Source: Gemmatimonadota bacterium
GTDB taxonomy: Bacteria; Gemmatimonadota; Gemmatimonadetes; Gemmatimonadales; Gemmatimonadaceae
Direction: 5' to 3'
Assembly: GCA_016871895.1 (NCBI GenBank)
Contig: VHBO01000001.1
Location: forward strand, 192,674-256,673
DNA length: 64,000 nucleotides
Positions 28,676 through 37,543 of this stretch are shown here, piece after piece. Position 1 is the first letter of the stretch; every line of letters starts with the position of its first letter. The notes below the pieces were generated by a model. It did not search any database. It was not told where the DNA came from and worked only from the letters and a program-made list of their open reading frames with translations. Made by a program: the position numbers and the translations under genes.

Positions 28676-30459
28676 CAGAAGCGACGACCGACGCGCAGGA
28701 GGACGTTCATCGGCTCGCGGCCCGTCGAGACCGCCTTCGCGACGTAGAGCCCGAGGCCGCCGAAGTCGATGCCGAGGCCGAGGGAGGTGCGGAAGGTCCC
28801 GAGCGCCGGAATCCCGGCGACCTCGAGTGCCAGATCCCCCGTCCCCGGTCGCATCCATCCGCGACCGGCATCGGCGAAGAGCACCCAGCTCGGCCGTTCG
28901 TCGATCCCGATCGACCAGTCATCGCCGCCGATCCGCCAGTCGAAGCCAATCGGCTGCCGCAGCTCCGCCTGCATCAGGAGCATCCGCTCGCACTGGGTCG
29001 CGTCGCCGGGCCAGATGCCGATGCCGCCGCAGGTGAAGACGTCGACGGCGTCATTCGGCGCACGTCGGAAATCGTATCCCTCGACCGAGCCCGGGCCGCC
29101 GACGCTCACGCGGCGCTGCAGCGGGAGTCGATCCCCGCCGAGCGATCCGCCGGTTACGAGCCGGAGCGACAGCTCCGTCCCGGGCGCGATCCGCGTGCGC
29201 CGGCGTGCATCGAGGAATCCACGGGTGTACGCGACGTCCTGTGGGAGGATCGGCGCGAAGGAGAGCATCGACATGATCCGTGGGTCGAGTGCGAGGAGGA
29301 GTCGTCCGCGCCCACGTTCGACGTCCGCCTGCACGAACCAGCCGCCGGTGAGCGGCGAGCGCAGCTTCTCGCGGGTGTCGATGCTGAGCCGGATCCCGCG
29401 CAGGTCGACGACGCCCACGTCGGCGATCGGATTCGGCCGCCACGCCTCCCGGGCGCGACTCAGTGTCACCGGGTCGCGCGATTCGACGGAGCGCCACCGC
29501 TCGCGCCCGACGAAGAGATCGACGCTCCCGTACCCGCCCGCGCGTCCGCCAAGGGTCAGCTCGCCGCCGTGCCGCCCGTAGTAGTCGCGCTGGTCACGAT
29601 GCGCGATCCACGTGGCGAGTCCCGACTCGGTGTTGGAGATCTGCCATCCCTCGATCGCGTCGATACGGTCGAAGGCGCGCGCGCCGACGGCGATGGCCTT
29701 CGCCTCGCCGATGCGGAGCTGGAGCGAGGCATCGTGCCCGAGGGAGCCACGATCCCAGGCGACGGGGCCGGCGGTCCGGACGAGGCCGAGGGCGGCGAGG
29801 TCGATGCTCCCCCACGCGGTGCGCCGCCGGAGCTTCGGCCCGGTGAGGACCGGCAACCCTTCGACGCGATTGTAGGTCGACGCCGAGACGTGGAAGAGTT
29901 CCGTCGACGTCCCGCGTGGCGCGCGATCGCGCGCATCGGCCGGCAGCCAGTCGCGGAGGCCCATCTCCTCCGCGACGAGCACCCCGTCCTCGAGCTGGTA
30001 GCGCAACACTTCCGCCTGCAGGCGTATCTCGCCGCCGACGCGCGCCTCCGGGGCGCGGTCGAGGGAGCCGCCGAGCACCAGGAGATCCCCGTCGATGACG
30101 GCGCTCGCGTCGAGCCGCACATCGGCGTTCACCGCGATGAGGGACCCCGCGACGGTACCGGCGATGCGGACGGGGCCGGTGAGCACGGCGACATCCCCCA
30201 CCGAACGGCCGGCGGCCTCGAGTGCATAGGGGCCATCCACGCGCGTCGTCCCCGGTGCGTTGTAGCGCGTGATCGCCTCGCGCCACGTCGGGGTCTCCCG
30301 CGTGCGCCCGCCCTGAGCCCCCGCCGTGTCCGGGAGGACGCCGATGAGCAGAGACAACGCGATCGCGAACGTGACGCGGAGGGAGGGGCTGATGCGGTGG
30401 GTCGGGCGCGGCATATCGAGACGGGCTGGTGGGAAACGGAACGGGCGAGCGGGGGACAC
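28675..30459 (-). CDS. BamA/TamA-like outer-membrane barrel with N-terminal bactofilin-like repeats
   Basis: Signal peptide (alternative start ATG 30414); GDVAV..GPVRIAGTVAGSLIAV..GDLLVLGG repeats; YNRVEG; GGPGSVEGYDF (lid-motif-like); ends in Phe (RVGRRF). Confidence 0.65.
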   Translation of the reverse strand: MSPARPFRFPPARLDMPRPTHRISPSLRVTFAIALSLLIGVLPDTAGAQGGRTRETPTWREAITRYNAPGTTRVDGPYALEAAGRSVGDVAVLTGPVRIAGTVAGSLIAVNADVRLDASAVIDGDLLVLGGSLDRAPEARVGGEIRLQAEVLRYQLEDGVLVAEEMGLRDWLPADARDRAPRGTSTELFHVSASTYNRVEGLPVLTGPKLRRRTAWGSIDLAALGLVRTAGPVAWDRGSLGHDASLQLRIGEAKAIAVGARAFDRIDAIEGWQISNTESGLATWIAHRDQRDYYGRHGGELTLGGRAGGYGSVDLFVGRERWRSVESRDPVTLSRAREAWRPNPIADVGVVDLRGIRLSIDTREKLRSPLTGGWFVQADVERGRGRLLLALDPRIMSMLSFAPILPQDVAYTRGFLDARRRTRIAPGTELSLRLVTGGSLGGDRLPLQRRVSVGGPGSVEGYDFRRAPNDAVDVFTCGGIGIWPGDATQCERMLLMQAELRQPIGFDWRIGGDDWSIGIDERPSWVLFADAGRGWMRPGTGDLALEVAGIPALGTFRTSLGLGIDFGGLGLYVAKAVSTGREPMNVLLRVGRRF

Positions 30460-31821
30460 CTATCCTACGTCGCCGATCCCGAGGCGTTTCATCCGGCGGT
30501 AGAGATTCGGTCGGTCGGTCCGGAGGCGTCGCGCCGCTTCGGCCACCACGCCGTTCGCGGCCGCGAGGGCACGGAGGATCAACAATCGCTCGTGTGCGTC
30601 GAGCGCGTCGGCGAGCGGGGTATCGAGCTGTTGCGCGGCAGGGAGCAATGGTTCCCCATCTGCCGGCAGCAGGGCATCCACCTCGGCGGCGCCGACCACT
30701 TGATCCCCGTGCAGCAGCGCGACCCGCTCGAGCACGTTCGCCAGCTCGCGGACGTTGCCGGGCCACGGATGGCGCGCGAGCCGATCGATCGCCTCGGTGG
30801 TCCACCGAGTGGGCGCGGGGCCGCCGCGGCGACGACGCTGCGCCTCGAAGTGCGCCACGAGCGCGGGGAGGTCTGTGGGGCGCTCGCGGAGCGGCGGGAG
30901 GGGCAGCGCGACCACGTTGAGCCCGAAGTACAGGTCGGCGTCGAATCGTCCGTCGCGCACGAGTCGCGGGAGGTCCTCTCGCGACGTGGCGATCACACGC
31001 ACATCCACCTTGATGGCACGCGGCCCGCCGAGGCGTTCGATCTCCCGCGCGTCGAGGAGGCGCCGCATCCGCCGCTGGACGTCGGCTGGCACCGCGGCGA
31101 CCTCGTCGAGGACGAGCGTGCCGCCGTGCGCGAGCTCCACGTGACCGATCCGCCGGTCGGGATCGCCGGTGATGGCGCCGCGTTCCTGACCGAAGAGCAC
31201 TGCGGCGAGGCGTTCCGCCGGGATCGCGGCGCAGGGGACGCGAAGGAGCGGCCGTTCCCGGCGCGCGCTCTGCGCGTGAATCGAGGCGGCGGCGAGTTCC
31301 TTCCCGGTCCCTGATTCCCCGGTGATGAGGACGCGCGCATCGGAGTGCGTCACGCGTGCGATGGTCGCGCGCACGGTGGTCATCGCCGGCGAGTCGCCGA
31401 CGAGGTCGGCACCGAGCCCGAGATCGGCGCGGAGCACCGCGCGTTCGTGTCGCACCTGACGGAGCTCCATCGCGTTCGCGACGGCGAGCACCAGGCCTTC
31501 GGGGGAGAGTGGCTTCTCGAGGAAGTTCACGGCGCCGAGGCGGGTCGCCTGCACCGCGTCGGCGAGCGCCGCCTTCCCGGACATCATCACGACCGGGAGG
31601 TCAGGGAGCTGCGCCCGGATCGCTTCGAGGAGGTCGAGCCCGTCGCGCGGGCCCGGCATCATCAGGTCGAGGAGGAGGACGTCGGGGACCACCTCGAGCG
31701 CCTTCGCGAGGCCGCTGGCCGCGTCCGTCGCCTCGTGCACCTCGTACTCTTCTTGAGCGAGGACCGCGCCGACCATCCACCGGAGATTGGCTTCGTCATC
31801 GACCACCAGCACGGAGGGCAT
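30460..31821 (-). CDS. NtrC/NtrX-family response regulator (REC-AAA+-HTH), degenerate AAA+ motifs
   Basis: VLVVDDE, LLDLMMP, GESGTGKE, WPGNVRELAN, AARRLRTDRPNLYRRMK. Confidence 0.9.
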   Translation of the reverse strand: MPSVLVVDDEANLRWMVGAVLAQEEYEVHEATDAASGLAKALEVVPDVLLLDLMMPGPRDGLDLLEAIRAQLPDLPVVMMSGKAALADAVQATRLGAVNFLEKPLSPEGLVLAVANAMELRQVRHERAVLRADLGLGADLVGDSPAMTTVRATIARVTHSDARVLITGESGTGKELAAASIHAQSARRERPLLRVPCAAIPAERLAAVLFGQERGAITGDPDRRIGHVELAHGGTLVLDEVAAVPADVQRRMRRLLDAREIERLGGPRAIKVDVRVIATSREDLPRLVRDGRFDADLYFGLNVVALPLPPLRERPTDLPALVAHFEAQRRRRGGPAPTRWTTEAIDRLARHPWPGNVRELANVLERVALLHGDQVVGAAEVDALLPADGEPLLPAAQQLDTPLADALDAHERLLILRALAAANGVVAEAARRLRTDRPNLYRRMKRLGIGDVG

Positions 31822-31827
31822 CGCGCG

Positions 31828-33051
31828 TCACTCCGGGAGGCGTGGGAGGCGCAGCGTGATCGTCGTCCCCACGCCGGGCGTGCTCGTCGCCTCGACCGCG
31901 CCGCGATGCGCCAAGATGGTTTGCTTCACGATCGCGAGGCCGAGCCCGGTGCCTCCCGCGCGACGGGTCACATAGGGCTCCCAGATCCGTGGCAGCTCCG
32001 TCGCCGGGATGCCGCAGCCGTCGTCCGCGACATCGATCCGCACCTCGGTCGCCATCTCGGCAATGGTGATGCGCACCGTCCCGTGACCACCGGTGGCGTG
32101 TGTGGCGTTGAGGAGCAGGTTCGCGATCGCGCGCTGCAGCGCTTCGTGCTGTCCGTCGACGACGAGCGTCTCGGGGCCCACGTAGCGGAAGGTGACCGCC
32201 GGCGGCAGGGTGTGGCGCGCCGCGGAACGGACGAGGGCGACGAGGTCGACCGGCGCCACGGGGGCGTCAGGGAGACGGCCGAACTGCGCGAAGCTCGTCG
32301 CCATCGCCTCAAGCCGCGCCGATTCGGCATCTAGGACGTCGATCGCCTCGCGCTGCTCCGGCGTCGCCTGTCGACGAAGGGTCGCCACGGCGTAGCGGAT
32401 GGGGGTGAGCGGATTCTTCAGCTCGTGTGCGACCTGGCGCGCCGATTCCCGGAAGGCGCCGAGCCGCTCGGCCTCGACCGTCGCCCGGCGGCCCGCCTCG
32501 AGCTCTGCGGCCATCCGTCGCATCCCGTCACGCAGCACCCCGAACTCCGGGGCACCGCGCACCGTGACCTCGGCGTCCGATGGGAGCGGGGCGTCGCGCG
32601 CGATCCGGTCGGTCCATCCCACGAGCTCGTCGAGCGGACGTGAGAGTTGGCGACTCAGGTGGCCCGCGACGCGCCAGGTGACGATACCGAGCACCACGAG
32701 CAGCAACAGCCCGACGATGAGGACCGCGCCGATCACCCGCTGACCGAGGAACGCCGTCCGACGGGCCTGCACCGCGGACGCGTCGAGCAAGGCGGCGTGC
32801 GCGTCGAGCGCTGCGGTCGCGTCGGGGGTGCCCGGCTGCGTGCGAGCGGCCTCGATGGCGGCATCTCCCGTGCGCACCACCGCCTCCCACGCGCCGATCC
32901 CGCCGACGATCGGCAGGACACGCGCTGCCATCCCGCTCCACGCCAGTGTGAGCAGGAGCGCGGGGACGAGAGCGAGCATCGTCAGGACGACGAGGAGCCG
33001 GGTCCTGAAAGGGAGCGGACGTCGTGGCGCCCAGGTGGGTCGAAGTGACAC
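31828..33051 (-). CDS. Membrane sensor histidine kinase (HAMP, NtrY-like H-box)
   Basis: Two TM helices, HAMP, ARQVAHELKNPLTPI, DDGCGI, GTGLGLAIV. Confidence 0.92.
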   Translation of the reverse strand: MSLRPTWAPRRPLPFRTRLLVVLTMLALVPALLLTLAWSGMAARVLPIVGGIGAWEAVVRTGDAAIEAARTQPGTPDATAALDAHAALLDASAVQARRTAFLGQRVIGAVLIVGLLLLVVLGIVTWRVAGHLSRQLSRPLDELVGWTDRIARDAPLPSDAEVTVRGAPEFGVLRDGMRRMAAELEAGRRATVEAERLGAFRESARQVAHELKNPLTPIRYAVATLRRQATPEQREAIDVLDAESARLEAMATSFAQFGRLPDAPVAPVDLVALVRSAARHTLPPAVTFRYVGPETLVVDGQHEALQRAIANLLLNATHATGGHGTVRITIAEMATEVRIDVADDGCGIPATELPRIWEPYVTRRAGGTGLGLAIVKQTILAHRGAVEATSTPGVGTTITLRLPRLPE

Positions 33052-33336
33052 ACCCGTAAGCTACGGTCCGTTCCGTACCGGTGCATCGGGTCGAAGTGGC
33101 GGCCCACCTGTCATTTACGTTGCCTCTCACTAGGTTTCCTCGCAGAGGTTGCCGCGGACGGCGGCGTGGCGGTCCCCCGGATCGGGGGGCCCGACGCCTG
33201 GCCCGTGAGCGGTGCCTCGAGCGGGTGCGCGGCTGCGCCAGCGGCATCTTCCGGGACCTGTGGGTCCGGACGAGCGGCTGCGCGCGATCGCCCCCGCGCC
33301 TCATCACTCCCATGGCGCGAGGCGCCAAGGAACAGC

Positions 33337-34992
33337 ATGTCACATCGTCCGCATCACTCGGCGCGCCCTGGGCGCGTCGCGGTGGCTCCCCTCCATCGGG
33401 GCCCCCAGGCCGAGACACCCGGCCATCCCCACGCGCCGAACGCGGCGCTCCTCATCGACTTCGACAACGTCACGATGGGGATCCGCTCCGACCTGCAGAC
33501 GGAGCTCCGGAACCTCCTCAGCAGCTCCATCATCTCGGGGAAGGTCGCCGTCCAGCGCGCGTACGCCGACTGGCGTCGCTATCCACAGTACATCGTTCCG
33601 CTCTCCGAGTCGTCGATCGACCTCATCTTCGCGCCGGCCTACGGCAGCTCGAAGAAGAACGCGACCGACATCCGCCTCGCCGTCGACGCGATGGAGCTCG
33701 TCTTCACGCGGCCGGAGATCGGGACCTTCATCCTCCTCTCCGGTGACTCCGATTTCTCGTCGCTCGTGCTCAAGCTCAAGGAGTACGGGAAGTACGTGAT
33801 TGGCGTCGGAATCCGGGAGTCGTCGAGCGACCTGCTCGTCCAGAACTGCGACGAGTACTACTCCTACAACGCGCTCGCCGGCCTCGTGAAGTCGGGCGAC
33901 GAGGCGGAGCAGAAGAAGTGGGATCCGTGGGAGCTCGTCACCGAGGCGATCACGCGGATGCAGCGCAACGGCGATGTGATGCGCTCCGACCGCCTGAAGC
34001 AGGTGATGGTCGAGATCGACCCGTCGTTCGATGAGAAGAATCTCGGGATGGCGAAGTTCTCGCGCTTCTGCCTCGAGGCCTCGCAGAAGGGGCTGCTCCA
34101 CGTGGTGAAGCTCGAGAACGGGCAGCTCGAGGTCGGCCCGGCCGCGTCGAAGGCGGGCGCTGCCCCGACGGAGCGCGCCGAGCGTCCTGCCGCGGGAGAA
34201 CCGCGTGAGGAGCGCGAGGGGGGGCGTCGTCGTGGGCGCCGCGGGCGCGGCGGTCGCGGCCGGGATCGCGATCGTGAGCGCACCGGCGAGCCGTCGGAGT
34301 CGACGGGCGAGAGCCCGGCGGCTGACACGGTCGCGACTGAGACGCCGGCCGGCAGCGGGGCGCAGAAGCCGTCCCCGAAGGCCCCAGCCGTCGATGCCTC
34401 GATCGGCGCCGAGGGACTGCGTCTCACGCGCGACGAGGCGTTCGACCTCGTGCGGCGTGCGGTCGCAGCGGTGGCGCGCGGCGATGCGCCCGTGCTCGCC
34501 GAGCGCGTCCGCGCGGAGGCGCGGGCGCTCTTGGCGCGCGACAGCGAGTCGCTCTCCGAGCGGAACTTCACGCGTATCCTGAAGGACGCGCACGATGCCG
34601 GGATCCTCGATCTCCGGAAGCGCGGCGAGAGCTTCGAGGTGCTGGCCTCCTCGGGCGGTCCGAGCATCGCCGACCAGCTGGCGAGTGCGGAGGCGGCGGC
34701 GACGCCGGTCGCCGCGCCGGCCGCGCCCGCCCCGCGTGGGATGGGGCCGCGCTCCGCGCCGAACACGCGCGGTGGGCGTGCGGCTGCCAAGGCGGCGGTG
34801 CCCCCGAGCCTGCTCCTCCTCGGCGTCGTCGATGAGCCGGCACCGGCGACCGCCGCGGCGGAGCCCGTGGCCGACGAGCCGAAGAAGGGACGCGCGAAGG
34901 CCAAGAAGGCCGCTGCGCCGTCTGAGAAGCCGGTGACGGCCAAGAAGGCGCCGGCGAAGAAGGCCCCGGCGAAGAAGAAGGCCGCGAAGTAA
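33337..34992 (+). CDS. NYN domain protein with OST-HTH/LOTUS-like domains and Lys/Ala/Pro tail
   Basis: IDFDN, AYADW, KNATDIRLAVDAM, LSGDSDF; FDEKNLGMAKFSRF; start codon uncertain. Confidence 0.85.
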   Translation: MSHRPHHSARPGRVAVAPLHRGPQAETPGHPHAPNAALLIDFDNVTMGIRSDLQTELRNLLSSSIISGKVAVQRAYADWRRYPQYIVPLSESSIDLIFAPAYGSSKKNATDIRLAVDAMELVFTRPEIGTFILLSGDSDFSSLVLKLKEYGKYVIGVGIRESSSDLLVQNCDEYYSYNALAGLVKSGDEAEQKKWDPWELVTEAITRMQRNGDVMRSDRLKQVMVEIDPSFDEKNLGMAKFSRFCLEASQKGLLHVVKLENGQLEVGPAASKAGAAPTERAERPAAGEPREEREGGRRRGRRGRGGRGRDRDRERTGEPSESTGESPAADTVATETPAGSGAQKPSPKAPAVDASIGAEGLRLTRDEAFDLVRRAVAAVARGDAPVLAERVRAEARALLARDSESLSERNFTRILKDAHDAGILDLRKRGESFEVLASSGGPSIADQLASAEAAATPVAAPAAPAPRGMGPRSAPNTRGGRAAAKAAVPPSLLLLGVVDEPAPATAAAEPVADEPKKGRAKAKKAAAPSEKPVTAKKAPAKKAPAKKKAAK

Positions 34993-35018
34993 TCGCAGCG
35001 GGTCGATGTGGATGTGCT

Positions 35019-35051
35019 ACGGGGCCGCCGGCGGATCGCCGGCGGCCCCGT
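35019..35051. terminator. GC-rich hairpin between convergent genes
   Basis: Perfect 15-bp stem ACGGGGCCGCCGGCG / CGCCGGCGGCCCCGT with GAT loop; no U-tract. Confidence 0.55.
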
Positions 35052-35171
35052 GTGCGTGCGGGCGTCTGCGTGGGCGTGTGCGTGCGGGCGTCTGCGTGGG
35101 CGTCTGCGTGGGCGTCTGCGTGGGCGTCTGCGTGGGCGTCTGCGTGGGCGTCTGCGTGGGCGTCTGCGTGC
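35050..35171. repeat. 12-bp tandem repeat (GGGCGTCTGCGT)n
   Basis: Seven perfect consecutive units at 35086-35169, plus one perfect and degenerate copies at 35050-35085. Confidence 0.95.
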
Positions 35172-35239
35172 GGGTCGCTGATGCGCCCGGGATGCGGCGG
35201 CCCGCGCGCTCTCAGTGCGCGAGGACCCGCCGCAGCGCG

Positions 35240-36442
35240 CTACCGGATCACGCCCGTCGCGAGCCCGACCTTCCGGATGCTCCGCACCGCGTGGTCGAGG
35301 TCGTCGCGTGTGTGCGCCGCCGAGATCTGGCAGCGGAGCCGCGCCGTGCCCTGCGGCACCACGGGGAAGCCGAAGCCGGTCACGAAGATCCCCTCGGCGA
35401 GGAGGAGCTCGCTCATCCGGATCGCATCGGCCGTCTCGCCGATGATGATCGGGACGATCGGTGTCTCGCCATCGAGTGGGGAGAATCCGGCCTCCCGGAT
35501 AGCAGCGCGGAAGTAGCGCGCGTTCTCGTGCAGGCGCGTCACGCGTTCCGGGTGCTGCTCGATGAACTCCACCGAGGCGAGCGCGCTCGCGGCCACCGTG
35601 GGCGGGAGCGCGTTCGAGAAGAGCTGCGGCCGTGAGCGCTGCGTGAGCGTGTCGCAGAGCGCGGCGGGGCCCGCGACGAACCCGCCCGCTGCGCCGCCCA
35701 GCGCCTTGCCGAGGGTGCTGGTGATGATGTCCACCTCGCCGACCACGCCGAAATGCTCCGCCGTACCCCGGCCCGTCGCGCCCAGCACGCCGGTGGCGTG
35801 CGAGTCGTCCATCACGAGGATGGCGTCGTGGTCGCGGGCGATCTGCAGCAGTTGCGGCAGCTTCGCGACGCTCCCTTCCATCGAGAAGACGCCATCGGTC
35901 CAGATGATCCGCCGCCGCGCGCCGGCGTTCGCCTTGAGCTTGGCCACGAGGTCATCGAGGTCGCTGTGGGCATACACGGCGGTGGTGCACTTTGTGATCG
36001 CCTTCGCAAGCCGGATCGAGTCGATGATCGATGCGTGGTTCAGGGCATCGGAGATGACGAAGTCCCCGGCCTGGACGATCGAGGCGGTGAGCCCCTCGTT
36101 CGCGTTCCAGGCGGAGACGAAGCTCATCGCCGTCTCGGTGCCGACGAAGCGCGCGAGCGCCGTCTCCAGCTCGCGGTGGACCGTGAAGGTCCCGCAGATG
36201 AACCGGACGCTCCCGGTCCCAGCGCCGAAGTCACGTAGCCCCTGAATCCCCGCTTCGACCACTGTCGGCTCGTCACAGAGCCCGAGGTAGTTGTTCGAGG
36301 AGAGGATCAGGATTTCACCGCGGCCCTCCATCTGGACCCGCGCCGCCTGCGGCGAGGCGAGATGGTTGAGCCGCTTGTAGGTGCCCGCGGCCTTGAGGGC
36401 GTCGAGCCCCGCCTGCAATTCGTTCTTGAACGGCTGATTCAT
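35240..36442 (-). CDS. kbl: 2-amino-3-ketobutyrate CoA ligase (glycine C-acetyltransferase)
   Basis: LSSNNYLGL, SVRFICGT, DALNHASIIDSIRL, TSTLGKALGG, SRPQLFSN; follows tdh. Confidence 0.95.
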   Translation of the reverse strand: MNQPFKNELQAGLDALKAAGTYKRLNHLASPQAARVQMEGRGEILILSSNNYLGLCDEPTVVEAGIQGLRDFGAGTGSVRFICGTFTVHRELETALARFVGTETAMSFVSAWNANEGLTASIVQAGDFVISDALNHASIIDSIRLAKAITKCTTAVYAHSDLDDLVAKLKANAGARRRIIWTDGVFSMEGSVAKLPQLLQIARDHDAILVMDDSHATGVLGATGRGTAEHFGVVGEVDIITSTLGKALGGAAGGFVAGPAALCDTLTQRSRPQLFSNALPPTVAASALASVEFIEQHPERVTRLHENARYFRAAIREAGFSPLDGETPIVPIIIGETADAIRMSELLLAEGIFVTGFGFPVVPQGTARLRCQISAAHTRDDLDHAVRSIRKVGLATGVIR

Positions 36443-36449
36443 TGGTTAT

Positions 36450-36490
36450 CCCTGTTCCCTGACCCCTGTCACCTGTCCCCTGACACCTCG
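36450..36490. repeat. Heptamer tandem array overlapping the tdh stop
   Basis: CCCTGTT CCCTGAC CCCTGTC ACCTGTC CCCTGAC. Confidence 0.75.
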
Positions 36491-37506
36491 AAGATCACCT
36501 TCCCCGCCTCCCCCGACTTGATCGCCGCGATCGCCTCGGCGTGCCGCTCCAGCGGGAAGGTGTGGGTGATCGCCGCGGTCGGATCGAACTGGCCGGCACG
36601 CAGGAACTGCGTCATCTCGATCCAAGTGTCGTACATCCGGCGTCCGACCACGCCGTACACGGTGATCCCCTTGAAGATCACCTCGGTGGCGAAGTCCACC
36701 TCCATCGGCTTGGCGGGGATCCCGAGCATCTGCACACGCCCGCCCACGCGCACGAGCGCGAACGCCTGGTGGATCGCTGCGGGGACGCCGCTCATCTCGA
36801 GGACGACGTCCACGCCCAGCCCGTGCGTCGCGGCGCGCACCGCCTCGGCGGCCTCGGCCGGCGTCACCGCCGCGGTCGCGCCCATCCGGCGTGCCAACGC
36901 GAGGCGCGTCGGGTTGACGTCGCTCGCGATGATCGCCGAGGCGCCCGCCGCCTTCGCGATCCCCACGGCGAAGATCCCAATCGGGCCGCACCCCGTCACG
37001 AGCACCGTCGCACCGGGCAGCTGCGTCCCGTGGAGTGCGGTGTGGAAGGCGTTCCCCATCGGGTCGTGGATGCCCCCGATGGCAAAGCTCACCGCCGGGT
37101 CGAGATGCCAGGCGTTGCTCGCCGGCATCGCGATATAGTCGGCGAAGGCGCCGTCACGATCCACCCCGATGATCTTCGTCTCCGGGCAAACGTGGGCGTT
37201 CCCCGTGCGACAGAGGTGGCAGCGTCCGCACACGATGTGCCCTTCGGCCGTCACCCGGTCGCCGACCTGCACGCTGGTGACGAGGCCGCCGACGCGCTCG
37301 ACAACGCCGGAGAACTCGTGTCCGACGGTGAAGGGGGGACGGCAGCGCCCCTGCGCCCAGGCGTCCCAGTCGTGGATGTGCACGTCCGTGCCGCAGACCC
37401 CTGCCGCCCGGACGCGGATCAGGACTTCATCCTCGCGGATGGTGGGGACGGGGACGTCGCGGAGCTCGAACCCTTCGGTGGGACCTGCCTTGACCAGTGC
37501 GCGCAC
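36469..37506 (-). CDS. tdh: L-threonine 3-dehydrogenase
   Basis: CGTDVHIHDWDAWAQ, GHEFSG, CGRCHLCRTGNAHVC, GCGPIG; pairs with kbl. Confidence 0.96.
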   Translation of the reverse strand: MRALVKAGPTEGFELRDVPVPTIREDEVLIRVRAAGVCGTDVHIHDWDAWAQGRCRPPFTVGHEFSGVVERVGGLVTSVQVGDRVTAEGHIVCGRCHLCRTGNAHVCPETKIIGVDRDGAFADYIAMPASNAWHLDPAVSFAIGGIHDPMGNAFHTALHGTQLPGATVLVTGCGPIGIFAVGIAKAAGASAIIASDVNPTRLALARRMGATAAVTPAEAAEAVRAATHGLGVDVVLEMSGVPAAIHQAFALVRVGGRVQMLGIPAKPMEVDFATEVIFKGITVYGVVGRRMYDTWIEMTQFLRAGQFDPTAAITHTFPLERHAEAIAAIKSGEAGKVIFEVSGDR

Positions 37507-37543
37507 CGGGAGACTCGTCGTTCGGGGTGGGGACCATCAACCC

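Noticed and set aside
35050-35171. Possible CRISPR array
   Set aside because: 12-bp units are directly adjacent with no spacers, and no cas genes are present
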